Source of the DNA: a virus | DNA length: 64,000 nucleotides | IMG/VR virus record: IMGVR_UViG_3300046779_000879 | Location: 64,001 to 128,000 of that record | Direction: 5' to 3' (one strand) | Part shown: piece after piece, positions 27,104 to 37,198 of the stretch | Layout of the letters: each line of letters opens with the position of its first letter | Position numbering within the stretch: position 1 is the stretch's first letter | The notes under the pieces: generated by a model | Databases searched by the model: none | What the model was told of the DNA's origin: nothing | What the model saw: the letters and a program-made list of their open reading frames with translations, nothing else | Made by a program: the position numbers and the translations under genes

Positions 27104-28428
27104 TAGAAGAATCCTTCAAGTGAGTTTGACTTTTGCGATTCTGGATGATACTTCATCAATGTATCGTGTCCAAGTTTACTCTCAAGATATTCATACCACT
27201 CATCAGATTCCCACATTGAAGGGCTGACACCATTCCAAAGATGTCGCTGAGAACCATCTTCATATTTTTGATCTGGGTGTTCTTTGTTAAGTCTGCGTTG
27301 TTCAACAAAGTCATAACGGCAGTCTTCGTATTGTTTAGAACCCAACTCAAGCATTTTCTCACGGAAGTAAACAACCAATGAGATTCGTTCTGCTTCTTCA
27401 TCAAGCAATTCAATCTGAGTATTGCCATGCATAACTTCATGGTTGTTAATTAGTAGCAAATCTCCAGGTCTTGGATTGACAGCAACACGATACTCTGGTG
27501 CAACAAGATAACATCCTTTGTAGTTACCATTGTTTGTTAGAGTCAACAGATTTGATAGACCAGAAGTTAAGTCACCTGCATCGTAGTGACATGCAGTTCT
27601 GAAAGATTTATTAACTGTAATAGTAGTAAATGGAGTTCCAGGAACTAAGAATGCAGGATCTAGTTTCTTTGCTGCTTCCATTTGATTATTGTATCTCCAT
27701 GGCAACAAGTCTTTGAAACCTTGCGCAAGTTGCTGGAGGAATGGATATGACATGGCAAACTTTACTGGCTCACGAGCAGTATAAGATGTTGCACGACCAT
27801 AAGGAATGCGAGGATAACGATCGAACCATCCAGCAATACCAGACATAACACCATTGGCATAGGTAGTTGCACAAACATATGCTTTCTCTACTCGTCTGGC
27901 TTCAGCAATCATTTCAGATGCATCTAATTTACGAACTTTCTCGACCCATTCATTGAAGACAAAATTGTCTTTCTTAACTGCTTGAATACCCCAAACATTA
28001 TTTCGTGTAGATGGTTTGTCAGTCTTACCTTGATGTTTGGCTTTAATGGCTTCAATTGGATCTCCATCCAAAGATGCTTTTGGGTTTAAGAAGTAGTCAA
28101 TGATTTCTGATTCATATTCAGTGACCCATTCACGATTACCCAATTTCTCTGCTCTTGGACCTGCAGCCATACCTCTGTTTTGAGTTTCAGTTGCAGCCTC
28201 ACGCAAACCAATGTATGCTTGATCTTGTTGTTCCTTTGTAAAATAATTCTTACGGAACTTCAGAACAATCCTTTCTTCAGAGTATGTCAACTCTGGATGT
28301 CCAGGAATTTCTGGCATATAAACATCACAGTCCTCTTCAATGAGGAAATCATAATGAGACTCATCAGGAAATTGTCCCAACATATGAGTCATATCATGTT
28401 TCTGTTTTGCTACGATTACCTTAGTCAT
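27103..28428 (-). CDS. TET/JBP-family 2OG-Fe(II) DNA pyrimidine dioxygenase
   Basis: FTTITVN..TACHYDAGD (HxD), MHGNT (H), ERISLVVYFRE (R). Confidence 0.85.
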   Translation of the reverse strand: MTKVIVAKQKHDMTHMLGQFPDESHYDFLIEEDCDVYMPEIPGHPELTYSEERIVLKFRKNYFTKEQQDQAYIGLREAATETQNRGMAAGPRAEKLGNREWVTEYESEIIDYFLNPKASLDGDPIEAIKAKHQGKTDKPSTRNNVWGIQAVKKDNFVFNEWVEKVRKLDASEMIAEARRVEKAYVCATTYANGVMSGIAGWFDRYPRIPYGRATSYTAREPVKFAMSYPFLQQLAQGFKDLLPWRYNNQMEAAKKLDPAFLVPGTPFTTITVNKSFRTACHYDAGDLTSGLSNLLTLTNNGNYKGCYLVAPEYRVAVNPRPGDLLLINNHEVMHGNTQIELLDEEAERISLVVYFREKMLELGSKQYEDCRYDFVEQRRLNKEHPDQKYEDGSQRHLWNGVSPSMWESDEWYEYLESKLGHDTLMKYHPESQKSNSLEGFF

Positions 28429-28436
28429 ATTCTCTC

Positions 28437-29837
28437 CTAAAACTTAAATCCATTAAAACTCTCTGTACTATGTATGCGTTTGCCAAAAGCAGATTTATCA
28501 AACATTGGACCATCATCTTTATCTTGACCAGCATCAGACAAACCAGTCTGTGCAGACGCTTCAACATCATAGAGTTTCATCTTTGCTCTATCAATCCCAA
28601 TTACGAATCTCTTGTAGAAACTTGGATCGTTATAACGATTCTTTAATTGCTTAACGATAATCTGATTTAACTCCTCAAGTTCTTCGTTGCTGACCAAAGC
28701 AAACATAAAGTCAGCAGTTGCAGGCAGACCAAAAGATTCAGATGTATCTTCAAGTCCTGGATCGCTGTTAGTGAAACCACCACGAGTAGTTTGAGTGGCA
28801 GATACAATTGGAACATTATACTCAACTGCTAGACCACGCAACTCTTCAGCAATGCTCTTAATATATGTATAAGAGTTAATACTTCCACCTTGTTTCATTC
28901 TTTGACTCGCACAAATATTCAAATAGTCAATAAAAATAATATCAGGTCTAAACTCTTTCTTCAATTTCAATTCTTCCAACAAAGCACGGAAGTGACCAGC
29001 ATGAGCACCAGCAGTTGGATACTCTTTGATGATAAACTTACCTGTACTCTTTTTGGCGATCTTATCAATTCTAGTTTCGTAAATATCTCTATCAATAACC
29101 TTCAACTCGTCCATGGTCAGATTTAACAGATTCGCATCAACACGTTCAGCGATTCGTTCTTCTGCCATTTCCATAGTTATGTATAAGGCATTTTTACCCT
29201 GCGTCAAAACTCCTGCAGCCATGTGACACATGAACAATGATTTGCCAACACCAGTACCAGCCAATGCGATGTTTAGGGTTTTCTTTGAAAGTCCACCCTT
29301 GGTGATTTTATTGAACATGTCAAGGTCGAAAGGAATCTTCTCTTCAACCCTGTGATAAAAATCAAACCTCGCATGATGGTCATCGATGTAGTCATGACCA
29401 ATGTGATTATCAAAAGAAACAGCCAGTGCGTCAGATAGAATAGAAGGAATCGCATCTTTAGAATTTACCTTATCACCACCATCAATAATTTTAATCGAAC
29501 CTAAGATGGCATTATAAACGGCACGATCCTTACAAAACTTCTCAGTGTTCTCAAGCATCCAGTCTTCGTTGACTGGTTCATGAGACATTGTGTTGATATA
29601 CTCAGTTAGTTCAGATAATTCTTTATCTGTAAGATCCTTACGATTCGAAACTTCAATCGTAAGAATTTCTTTTGTGGCTGGTTTGTTGTACTTGCTGAAG
29701 AAGTCTACAAGTTCGTTTGCTAGGATTGCTTCTTTTTTATCCGAGAAGTATTCTCGTTTGATAAATGGGATTACCTTACGGCAGTACTGCTCATCATAAA
29801 TCAGATTGCTCAGAATTTTTTGTTCTATTCTCATCAA
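28437..29837 (-). CDS. 41: replicative helicase gp41
   Basis: AGTGVGKS, IDYLN, SATQTTR, QLKNRY. Confidence 0.97.
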   Translation of the reverse strand: MMRIEQKILSNLIYDEQYCRKVIPFIKREYFSDKKEAILANELVDFFSKYNKPATKEILTIEVSNRKDLTDKELSELTEYINTMSHEPVNEDWMLENTEKFCKDRAVYNAILGSIKIIDGGDKVNSKDAIPSILSDALAVSFDNHIGHDYIDDHHARFDFYHRVEEKIPFDLDMFNKITKGGLSKKTLNIALAGTGVGKSLFMCHMAAGVLTQGKNALYITMEMAEERIAERVDANLLNLTMDELKVIDRDIYETRIDKIAKKSTGKFIIKEYPTAGAHAGHFRALLEELKLKKEFRPDIIFIDYLNICASQRMKQGGSINSYTYIKSIAEELRGLAVEYNVPIVSATQTTRGGFTNSDPGLEDTSESFGLPATADFMFALVSNEELEELNQIIVKQLKNRYNDPSFYKRFVIGIDRAKMKLYDVEASAQTGLSDAGQDKDDGPMFDKSAFGKRIHSTESFNGFKF

Positions 29838-30126
29838 CTCCGCCTGTGTATGTCAAATTATTTCGTTCAATACCTTCATAGATTAACTCTTGTAGAATAT
29901 CTCCAATATATTGCTCGAATGATGCTTTATCGGTTAAATCTTTATCATCGTCATCAATGATATCATATTCGAAACGAAGATGAATATTATCAGTTGTTTC
30001 ATTTTCATCGAATTGAACTTTACCGTAAGTATAGATTATACCCTCAAAAGCACCTTCTGTCAACTTTATTGCTTGGAGTCCATCTTGTTTAGAATCCAAC
30101 ACAACGTAACGTGGGTTACTCATCAA
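29794..30126 (-). CDS. conserved T4-like hypothetical protein
   Basis: GIIYTYGKV..YIGDIL; lies between uvsX and 41. Confidence 0.65.
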   Translation of the reverse strand: MMSNPRYVVLDSKQDGLQAIKLTEGAFEGIIYTYGKVQFDENETTDNIHLRFEYDIIDDDDKDLTDKASFEQYIGDILQELIYEGIERNNLTYTGGVDENRTKNSEQSDL

Positions 30127-31189
30127 ACTCTAACTCTTCTAATGCTTTATCAAGTTCATCTTCTTGCATCATTTGACCACCCTGACCGATTGAATACTTA
30201 CTCTTTACAAAATCATAGAATGACTTACTTGTAAGAATTGACAACCAGAAATCTTTTGAGTCTGTTTCTTTGATACGATATTTCTTATCTTCTACTTCGC
30301 CAGTCTCAGGGTCACATTTGGAATACCATCCGTTGCTTGGCTTAACCACATGCTTGGATTCAAGAGCAAGGTCAAGTAGACCAGACCACTTACTAAGACC
30401 ACCATCAAAAGATACGCTAACAGGTATCTTAGATTTTTCTTTAACATAACGACTCTTCTCTACGTTGATAATAAAATTGTAACCAACAATCTCAGCACCT
30501 TCTTTTTCTTGCTGACGTCCAAGGATATAGACATTGTCTGCTGAATACATTGCGCCAGTACCACCACCAACAATTGCTTTCGGGAACATACCAATTTCCA
30601 TGTAGGTATGATTCACAACTACCAATGGAATGTCTTTAAGGTTCAAGTGTGGAGTTACCATACGGAACAATGACTTCATCTGCTTTGCACGAGTCATATC
30701 AGCTGCAGACTTACCTTCCAATGCATCTTCAACTTCTTTCTTAGAAGCCAGATTACCGATCGAGTCAATGACGATGATAAGATGATCACCACGATCTACA
30801 CTTTGTAGTTGTTGCATGATGTCGAACTTCAATTGCTCAACGTCAGTGAGTGGAGTATGAACAACACGCTTTGTATCAATACCAAATGTATCGAAGTAAG
30901 ACTGTGGAGTACCAAACTCTGAATCATAGAACAACAAAGCTGCATCTTCATACTTGTCCATGTATGACTTAGCCATTAGCAAAGAGAATGCTGTCTTGAA
31001 GTGTTTACTTGGACCAGCCCACATTGTAATACCTGGAGTCAAACCACCATCTAAGCGACCAGATAAAGCCACATTGATAATAGGAACTGAAGTGGGAATC
31101 ATGTCTTTCTTTTTGAAGAACTTTGATTCAGAGAGAATAGCAGAGTCTTTAATCGTACTATTTTTTTTGATTTTATCTAGAATGCTCAT
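30116..31189 (-). CDS. uvsX: RecA-like recombinase UvsX
   Basis: AGPSKHFKT, YDSEFG, IDSIGNLAS. Confidence 0.96.
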   Translation of the reverse strand: MSILDKIKKNSTIKDSAILSESKFFKKKDMIPTSVPIINVALSGRLDGGLTPGITMWAGPSKHFKTAFSLLMAKSYMDKYEDAALLFYDSEFGTPQSYFDTFGIDTKRVVHTPLTDVEQLKFDIMQQLQSVDRGDHLIIVIDSIGNLASKKEVEDALEGKSAADMTRAKQMKSLFRMVTPHLNLKDIPLVVVNHTYMEIGMFPKAIVGGGTGAMYSADNVYILGRQQEKEGAEIVGYNFIINVEKSRYVKEKSKIPVSVSFDGGLSKWSGLLDLALESKHVVKPSNGWYSKCDPETGEVEDKKYRIKETDSKDFWLSILTSKSFYDFVKSKYSIGQGGQMMQEDELDKALEELEFDE

Positions 31190-31216
31190 TGTGTTTATCC
31201 TTTACGTAATATTAGT

Positions 31217-31245
31217 ATTATACAGTGTTTATATTTGCAAGACAA
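31217..31245 (-). promoter_or_regulatory. sigma70-type promoter
   Basis: TTGTCT-N17-TATAAT. Confidence 0.7.
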
Positions 31246-31250
31246 TTTAA

Positions 31251-33737
31251 TTATCCAAAGAAATCTTCCAATGAACTTTCTTCTTGTGTCTTCCAACCCA
31301 GTGGTTCAATAACAATTTGTAGAGCATCCAAGAATACTTTCTCAAACTGTTTGTCATAATCTATGTATGATTCCAATCCAAACTCCTTTGGAAGAACTTG
31401 AGGGAATGCAATAACATCTTCTTGAAGTGGGTTTGGTGTCTTAACATAAACGAATTTAATCTTGTCACCATCACGAATAGGTTGATACCTTTTATCAATA
31501 CCGAATCGTTTGCAGTGATGATTGAATAATAAAGCACCACGAACATGAATCGGTGTTCCTTTGGCATACACTGGCGAACCAGCATACTGTTTGATACCAT
31601 TGACACCACGAGGGAATGCAATCTCTTCAACAGGAAGTTTCTCGAACTCTTTCTTAAAGTCCATAACATACTTATGCAGAACTTTTTGGTCACCGAGCAG
31701 AATGACATCAATGGAGTCTTTTAGTTTGTCACGAATCACTGCAGGTGTAGATGACTTGACCATTTCAAGACCCATCACCTTGACTTTAGGTTTTGCAAAC
31801 TGGACACCCTCAGAGTTATGCACATTGATAACATATCGCTTCTTAGCAGTCCAGATGGCTTTGTCGGCTAGAACTTCTCGCTTCATTACCATCTTTTGCG
31901 AATACGCATTCATGTACTCGGCTAGTTCTTGATAACCAGTATCAATAAATGGCTGAAAAATATCTTCACATATCTTGTCCATGAATTTGATTTTCTCTTC
32001 AGTGGACTTTCCAGCACAAACTTTTTCAACAAGATCTTCCAATGTAAGATAGATTGAGTCAGTGTCAATCGCAACAACAAAGTCTTTACCCTCTGACTTG
32101 AGAGTTTTGTTGAGGAATGCATTCAACTTGTTGGCCATCCAACGAATGGACAACTGACCAGAAGTCGTAATACCTTCAGCCATACGAATATCAAAGTAAC
32201 GGAAGTATTGATTACCCATCGCACCGTAAGCAGAGTTCAAAGCAATCTTCATCGCCATCTGCAGGTTGTTCAAACGAGAGATATCTTTCAACAGATGTTT
32301 CTTACTTTTGTCGTTTTGATACTCTTGCTCAACCTTCAACATCTGCTTTTTAAACTTGGAGCGGTTCGCATACATCTGTTCCATCAACTCAGGCATGAAA
32401 CCTTTGACGTCTTTGCGATACGTCCAACCATTGGCAGTCAATGCCAAATCTCTACGCTTTGCATATGAAGTATCAATCTCTTGATTGAGTAACTTATCAA
32501 CTGTCACAGAAATCTTTTCGCTTGTGAGAGTTTCAGGGCTGATGTTGTACTGCATAATCAAGTGAGGATACAGAGAGTTCAAGTCAAAGGATGCCATCCA
32601 TTTGTGAAGTCCGATGATTGGATCCTTCACATAAGCACCTTCGAACTGAGCATCTTTACCAGAGAAAGACTTGGATGGAATGACAATACCTTTCTTACGC
32701 AGGTGATTGTAAATGATAGTATCCCACATACGAACCTGCGAGTAAACATCTTCAGGATTAATCTTGGCATTGTATGCCATAGTCAGATGCAGTTCAAGCA
32801 GACGCATCTTATCTTCTAGTTGGTCAACCAACTCTACGTCATGAATGTTATACTCAACGAACTGTTGCCAGTAATTTGTGTAGAAGTCTTTGAAGTCAAC
32901 TCCAGGATTCTCTTTCTTTTTGTCGCCTAGTTCTTCTTGTGCAATGTAATCCAGACGATATGATTCTTGTTTTGTGTATGTGTATTTCTTATAGAGTTCT
33001 AGGTAGTCAAGCTGATTGATACCCATGATATCGTAGTGAAGTTCTTCATTACCTTTGATGAATGTCTTACGTTCAAGAACATTACCCCATGGACTCATCT
33101 TGTTGGCAAAAGTATCACCCAACTCACGAGAGATCCTACGAATGAGATAAGGCATATCGAAGAAGTCAGTATTCCAGCCAGTGATGCAGTCTGGATAATT
33201 CTGTTGCCAGAAAATCATAAACTCTTTAAGCAAATGAAGTTCGTCATTACAACGAACATACTTAACATCTTTACGATCTGTATGAAACTCTTTTGAACCA
33301 AAGGTGATGATGCTCTTTGTTTGGAGATCTTTGATTGTAATTAGGAGAATCTGCTCATTGGCAGTTTTGGTATCAGGGAATCCATTCTCAGTTTCAGTTT
33401 CAATGTCAATGGTGAATACTTTGACTTGTTCCATATCCCAGTTGACATCGTCTTCATAGGTGTCACTGATATATTGATATGCGTAATTGGTGTTACCGTA
33501 AACAGGAAATCCTTCGACATCTTCGTATCGTTTAACAAAGTCTTTTGTTTCTTTGATACTTCCAGGTTTAATTTCATCTACGTAAGTACCTTCCAATGTC
33601 TTCCAATCAGAAGACTTATTAGAAGTGACATACAGCGTAGGATAGAAATCTACCTTACGCTGATATTGTCTGCCCTTATCGTAACCTCGAACGAGGATCT
33701 TGTCACCCCATGCATGGGCTGATGTGTAAAATTCCAT
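31251..33737 (-). CDS. 43: family B DNA polymerase gp43
   Basis: DIET exonuclease, SFDLNSLYP, KIALNSAYG, DTDS, KKRY. Confidence 0.98.
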   Translation of the reverse strand: MEFYTSAHAWGDKILVRGYDKGRQYQRKVDFYPTLYVTSNKSSDWKTLEGTYVDEIKPGSIKETKDFVKRYEDVEGFPVYGNTNYAYQYISDTYEDDVNWDMEQVKVFTIDIETETENGFPDTKTANEQILLITIKDLQTKSIITFGSKEFHTDRKDVKYVRCNDELHLLKEFMIFWQQNYPDCITGWNTDFFDMPYLIRRISRELGDTFANKMSPWGNVLERKTFIKGNEELHYDIMGINQLDYLELYKKYTYTKQESYRLDYIAQEELGDKKKENPGVDFKDFYTNYWQQFVEYNIHDVELVDQLEDKMRLLELHLTMAYNAKINPEDVYSQVRMWDTIIYNHLRKKGIVIPSKSFSGKDAQFEGAYVKDPIIGLHKWMASFDLNSLYPHLIMQYNISPETLTSEKISVTVDKLLNQEIDTSYAKRRDLALTANGWTYRKDVKGFMPELMEQMYANRSKFKKQMLKVEQEYQNDKSKKHLLKDISRLNNLQMAMKIALNSAYGAMGNQYFRYFDIRMAEGITTSGQLSIRWMANKLNAFLNKTLKSEGKDFVVAIDTDSIYLTLEDLVEKVCAGKSTEEKIKFMDKICEDIFQPFIDTGYQELAEYMNAYSQKMVMKREVLADKAIWTAKKRYVINVHNSEGVQFAKPKVKVMGLEMVKSSTPAVIRDKLKDSIDVILLGDQKVLHKYVMDFKKEFEKLPVEEIAFPRGVNGIKQYAGSPVYAKGTPIHVRGALLFNHHCKRFGIDKRYQPIRDGDKIKFVYVKTPNPLQEDVIAFPQVLPKEFGLESYIDYDKQFEKVFLDALQIVIEPLGWKTQEESSLEDFFG

Positions 33738-34303
33738 TAAGTCTTTCCATACATTAATTGCATTGCGTCAAGTGCACAGTCGTGAACAGGATGATGTTTA
33801 ATTACGTTGTGTCGTTCAAATAGTGGATGCACAACTTCAACATATCCGTTTGTAGTTCCGTAGAGAATATCGACTGCAGTTCTGACATCTCTCCACATAT
33901 TATACCCTGTAATTTCTTCCAAGCCAAATTTAACTGCCAAAGAATCAATTGCCATCTGGTCTAACGAACCACGTGCCCACATTGTTTGTTGTTTTGCATT
34001 TGTAAACTTAGCCATGTAATCATAGAACTTTTGCATTCCATTTTCAACAGTCATGTCTTCACGACTTGGATCCAGAGAAACTTTGCGAACATATTCATGT
34101 TGACCTTTCCACCATTCTAAAGTAGATTTAGATGCAGTACGACCAACACTCATCTGTTCTTTGACATCGAACTTAACAAAGCACGCATTGTCCAGCAAGT
34201 CTTGATATGTTGGTCGTTTCTCTGGGTCGAATTGAACCAATGCAGCAGATAAAACTACGCAAGTAGATTCTACACCCAAAGTTTCTACATCAAATACAAA
34301 CAT
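33737..34303 (-). CDS. DEDDh 3'-5' exonuclease (DexA-like)
   Basis: FDVETLG, WARG, RDVRT, HHPVHDC. Confidence 0.8.
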   Translation of the reverse strand: MFVFDVETLGVESTCVVLSAALVQFDPEKRPTYQDLLDNACFVKFDVKEQMSVGRTASKSTLEWWKGQHEYVRKVSLDPSREDMTVENGMQKFYDYMAKFTNAKQQTMWARGSLDQMAIDSLAVKFGLEEITGYNMWRDVRTAVDILYGTTNGYVEVVHPLFERHNVIKHHPVHDCALDAMQLMYGKT

Positions 34304-34305
34304 TA

Positions 34306-34617
34306 TTAATCTGCCTTATATCCAATTGGTGTAGTAAGTCGTTCAATCTTTTCTTCATCAGTCCATGATTTAAGATAATCATTATCCTCAGCACATAGGC
34401 AAAGAATTTCTGGTTTGTCAACCTGTCTAGATCCAATGATTGTTTCACCCAACCACTTCTGCGAAAACTCTTTCATCTCTTCCATTGTGACAGTATCTTC
34501 TGCCCATTGAATGTCAGTGCAGGGAAACTCTCTGTCATTATGGTCATCAGGCACTTCAATCACATAACGCATACGATATTGAGATAGTGTTTCAACCAAT
34601 ACAAATTTACTCATCAT
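34306..34617 (-). CDS. hypothetical protein
   Basis: Likely start MMSKFVLVET. Confidence 0.6.
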   Translation of the reverse strand: MMSKFVLVETLSQYRMRYVIEVPDDHNDREFPCTDIQWAEDTVTMEEMKEFSQKWLGETIIGSRQVDKPEILCLCAEDNDYLKSWTDEEKIERLTTPIGYKAD

Positions 34618-35134
34618 CTTCCTCCTGAGATTTTTCACGACCCTGCTCTTTTGCATGCACATCACAAAGTGTTGTGTGCCATCCATCTGTGTATCTTTCT
34701 CCAGGACTGCCACAAACTTCACAAGTTTTATAACTAATACTCTCAGCAAAGTTAATATAGTTGTAGTGTTTATCAGTTGCAGCATGAACATAGAATCGAA
34801 GTCCACCAAACTTTTCTTTCACCTGAACAGCAACTGGAACCTTTAATGTTTCTTCGTCAAGTTTCGCTTTGGCTTTATCAATCTCCTCTTGAGTAACAAT
34901 CTTGTTGCTACCTTCCCACTGTGGCTGATTGACTTTATCTTTAATGAAGTCGTAGCGTGATTGAGCAGAACGATAGTCGCTTGTCAACAAACCACAAAGA
35001 GTGTCAAGGATATTGTACCAACCATCACCAGTACAAATACCCCAACACATGGCTGTGGTGCGCATGTCCGCATTACGATCTTTGAAGATTAGCGGATACT
35101 TTGCACATAGTGTTTCATCAAGTTCTTTACGCAT
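34607..35134 (-). CDS. hypothetical protein with Zn-ribbon
   Basis: GDGW, QVKEKFGGLRFY, CEVCG..LCDVH. Confidence 0.7.
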   Translation of the reverse strand: MRKELDETLCAKYPLIFKDRNADMRTTAMCWGICTGDGWYNILDTLCGLLTSDYRSAQSRYDFIKDKVNQPQWEGSNKIVTQEEIDKAKAKLDEETLKVPVAVQVKEKFGGLRFYVHAATDKHYNYINFAESISYKTCEVCGSPGERYTDGWHTTLCDVHAKEQGREKSQEEDDE

Positions 35135-35492
35135 ACCAAGTCCTATGGTCCTCTGCGATATGTTCAATTCCATCGTATTCACTGATATGCCATTTAACAT
35201 CATCTGGAATTTCTACAATAGCAATTTCTGCTGCCCAATCCCATGATGCCTGACCCATCTCTTCAATCACTGCAATCAAATCTGGATCCGCACGATTCTC
35301 GTAGTAATTATAAGAACTGATATAATAGTCATCATCACCAACATGTCCTGCTTGATAATAAGTCGCACCCATCAGTTTAGATTCATTCTCTACTTTTTCA
35401 AACGCAATACCTTTACGCTCGAGTAATTTCTCAAACGCTTCATCTGAGATACCGAAGCCACCGAAGCAACGATTAATAGCGACTCTTGTCAT
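35127..35492 (-). CDS. conserved phage hypothetical protein
   Basis: INRCFGGF..RADPDL..EYDGIE. Confidence 0.7.
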   Translation of the reverse strand: MTRVAINRCFGGFGISDEAFEKLLERKGIAFEKVENESKLMGATYYQAGHVGDDDYYISSYNYYENRADPDLIAVIEEMGQASWDWAAEIAIVEIPDDVKWHISEYDGIEHIAEDHRTWYA

Positions 35493-35507
35493 TTTTAACT
35501 CCTAAAA

Positions 35508-36359
35508 TCATAATATACTTACCTGAAATTTATCTACATTTATAATTCTACTCGAATCAACTGGGAATGTCAACTTTATCATGTCTCTTCTATTGGGATA
35601 AATTGCAACCTTACCACTATCATGAACATGATACAAATCAACACCATCATAATCTAACTGATATCTTTTATTAAAAACTTCTTTTCCAAGATTGTAACCT
35701 TTAACATTTAGATGAATGCGATTGTGAAACGAGTCTAATATAAAGTTATCTGTTTGAGTGCGTAAATCATTATAATCATGTTTCCACTTTTCTTGGAAAT
35801 ACATCTCACCAACAATCACCATTTTGTCCAATTGAAATTCAATATTCTTTATATCAAAGGCAATTGCTTTACTTCTATTATTAACTTCTTTGATCGCTAA
35901 ATTTCGTTTCTTTTCATTCTCAATTTTTGCTTTTAGATGATCACGTGTTTCTTGAGTGACATTGGCAGAGTTTGTATTAATTTTATTAGATCTTGAGACT
36001 ACCTCTGCTTGTATTTCAATAGTGGTGCATTCATTGCGAATGACTTTATAAGACTTAATAAGTCCACCACTATACTCAACTATTCGTTCTTTGTAAACGT
36101 CTTGATCAACTGTTTTCTCACCAGACATCCAAACACCTACTGCCTTTTCTATAGCAGTAACCTTAGCATTTTCTAATGCCTGCTCACAAGTCTTACCCTT
36201 GCCAATAGCAGTCACAGTAACAGAAGATGTTCTATCAAATTTATCTTCTCGTGAGAGCTCAGTGATTATTGATGGGACTATTGCTTGTATCCAAGCAACA
36301 GGATTCGCATGAACAGAAGTAGCCACCAGTGCAGTGGCTACTAACATTAGCTGTTTCAT
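35508..36359 (-). CDS. secreted protein (LPP20/FlgT-N-like domain)
   Basis: Signal peptide; GKGKTCEQALENAKVTAIEKAVG. Confidence 0.6.
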   Translation of the reverse strand: MKQLMLVATALVATSVHANPVAWIQAIVPSIITELSREDKFDRTSSVTVTAIGKGKTCEQALENAKVTAIEKAVGVWMSGEKTVDQDVYKERIVEYSGGLIKSYKVIRNECTTIEIQAEVVSRSNKINTNSANVTQETRDHLKAKIENEKKRNLAIKEVNNRSKAIAFDIKNIEFQLDKMVIVGEMYFQEKWKHDYNDLRTQTDNFILDSFHNRIHLNVKGYNLGKEVFNKRYQLDYDGVDLYHVHDSGKVAIYPNRRDMIKLTFPVDSSRIINVDKFQVSIL

Positions 36360-36901
36360 TACTGACCCATCGACGCACGAATCTGACTTGCAGCACGAAT
36401 AGATTTTTTATCGACTTGAACAGTTACAGAAACAACACGAGTGTCAGAGGATATTTTACGTTCTTTGATATATGAACCACGGACGATACCGTTTGATTCT
36501 TCTACCATTTTCTCTGTGACTTTGGTTGCAATATTTGCAGCACGCTCTTTAGATTTCTGATCATTATCAGAAACTTCTTTTGCCAAAGAGTTTGTGATTA
36601 CATCTACTGTCTTATTGTTCTTTAAATCAGTATTCATGAACTCAACAATGTTACGTTTTGCTCGCATGGTTGCGATATTCATCGCTTGCTCAAGACCAGC
36701 ATCGTCATTGATAGGAATTGCTGCCGTGGCAGTGGACTTAATCTCTGTCCAAGTATCATCGTTAAATGTCACCTCAACTTTACCAAAGTCTTGAGTATAC
36801 TTAACTGCGTCTTTAGAAACAGGGTCAACTTCAGCTAACTTGGTTGTGCTACATCCTGATACAGCAAGAGCGAGTACAGCAATTGATAAAATCTTTTTCA
36901 T
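36359..36901 (-). CDS. LPP20-like lipoprotein
   Basis: LAVSGC lipobox; ATMRAKRNIVEF. Confidence 0.7.
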   Translation of the reverse strand: MKKILSIAVLALAVSGCSTTKLAEVDPVSKDAVKYTQDFGKVEVTFNDDTWTEIKSTATAAIPINDDAGLEQAMNIATMRAKRNIVEFMNTDLKNNKTVDVITNSLAKEVSDNDQKSKERAANIATKVTEKMVEESNGIVRGSYIKERKISSDTRVVSVTVQVDKKSIRAASQIRASMGQ

Positions 36902-36907
36902 AATATA

Positions 36908-37198
36908 TTACCTCACAGTGGTTGAATAAACTACTACATCGTCACGCTTGTATAACGACTGCATCCTTTCTCTTAAGACTGGATCACTTACATGATTACC
37001 CAATCTTTCTGGAGCCTTCGGGTCTACAAGTTTTAAATCAGCATCAGTTACAGGAACTGAATTTACAGGAACTGTTGCTGAATTGGTTTTGGCTTTTAGT
37101 TTAACAAATTCATTCTTAAACTTAGCCCATTCTGTATCAAAGTCTAGTGCCATCGCATTGGTTGACACCAAAACCATCATAATAAAAAGTTTCTTCAT
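36908..37198 (-). CDS. secreted hypothetical protein
   Basis: Signal peptide MKKLFIMMVLVSTNAMA. Confidence 0.6.
   Translation of the reverse strand: MKKLFIMMVLVSTNAMALDFDTEWAKFKNEFVKLKAKTNSATVPVNSVPVTDADLKLVDPKAPERLGNHVSDPVLRERMQSLYKRDDVVVYSTTVR

Noticed and set aside
3783-33737. Introns or inteins in nrdA, thyX, gp41, uvsX or gp43
   Set aside because: All are continuous and of expected length
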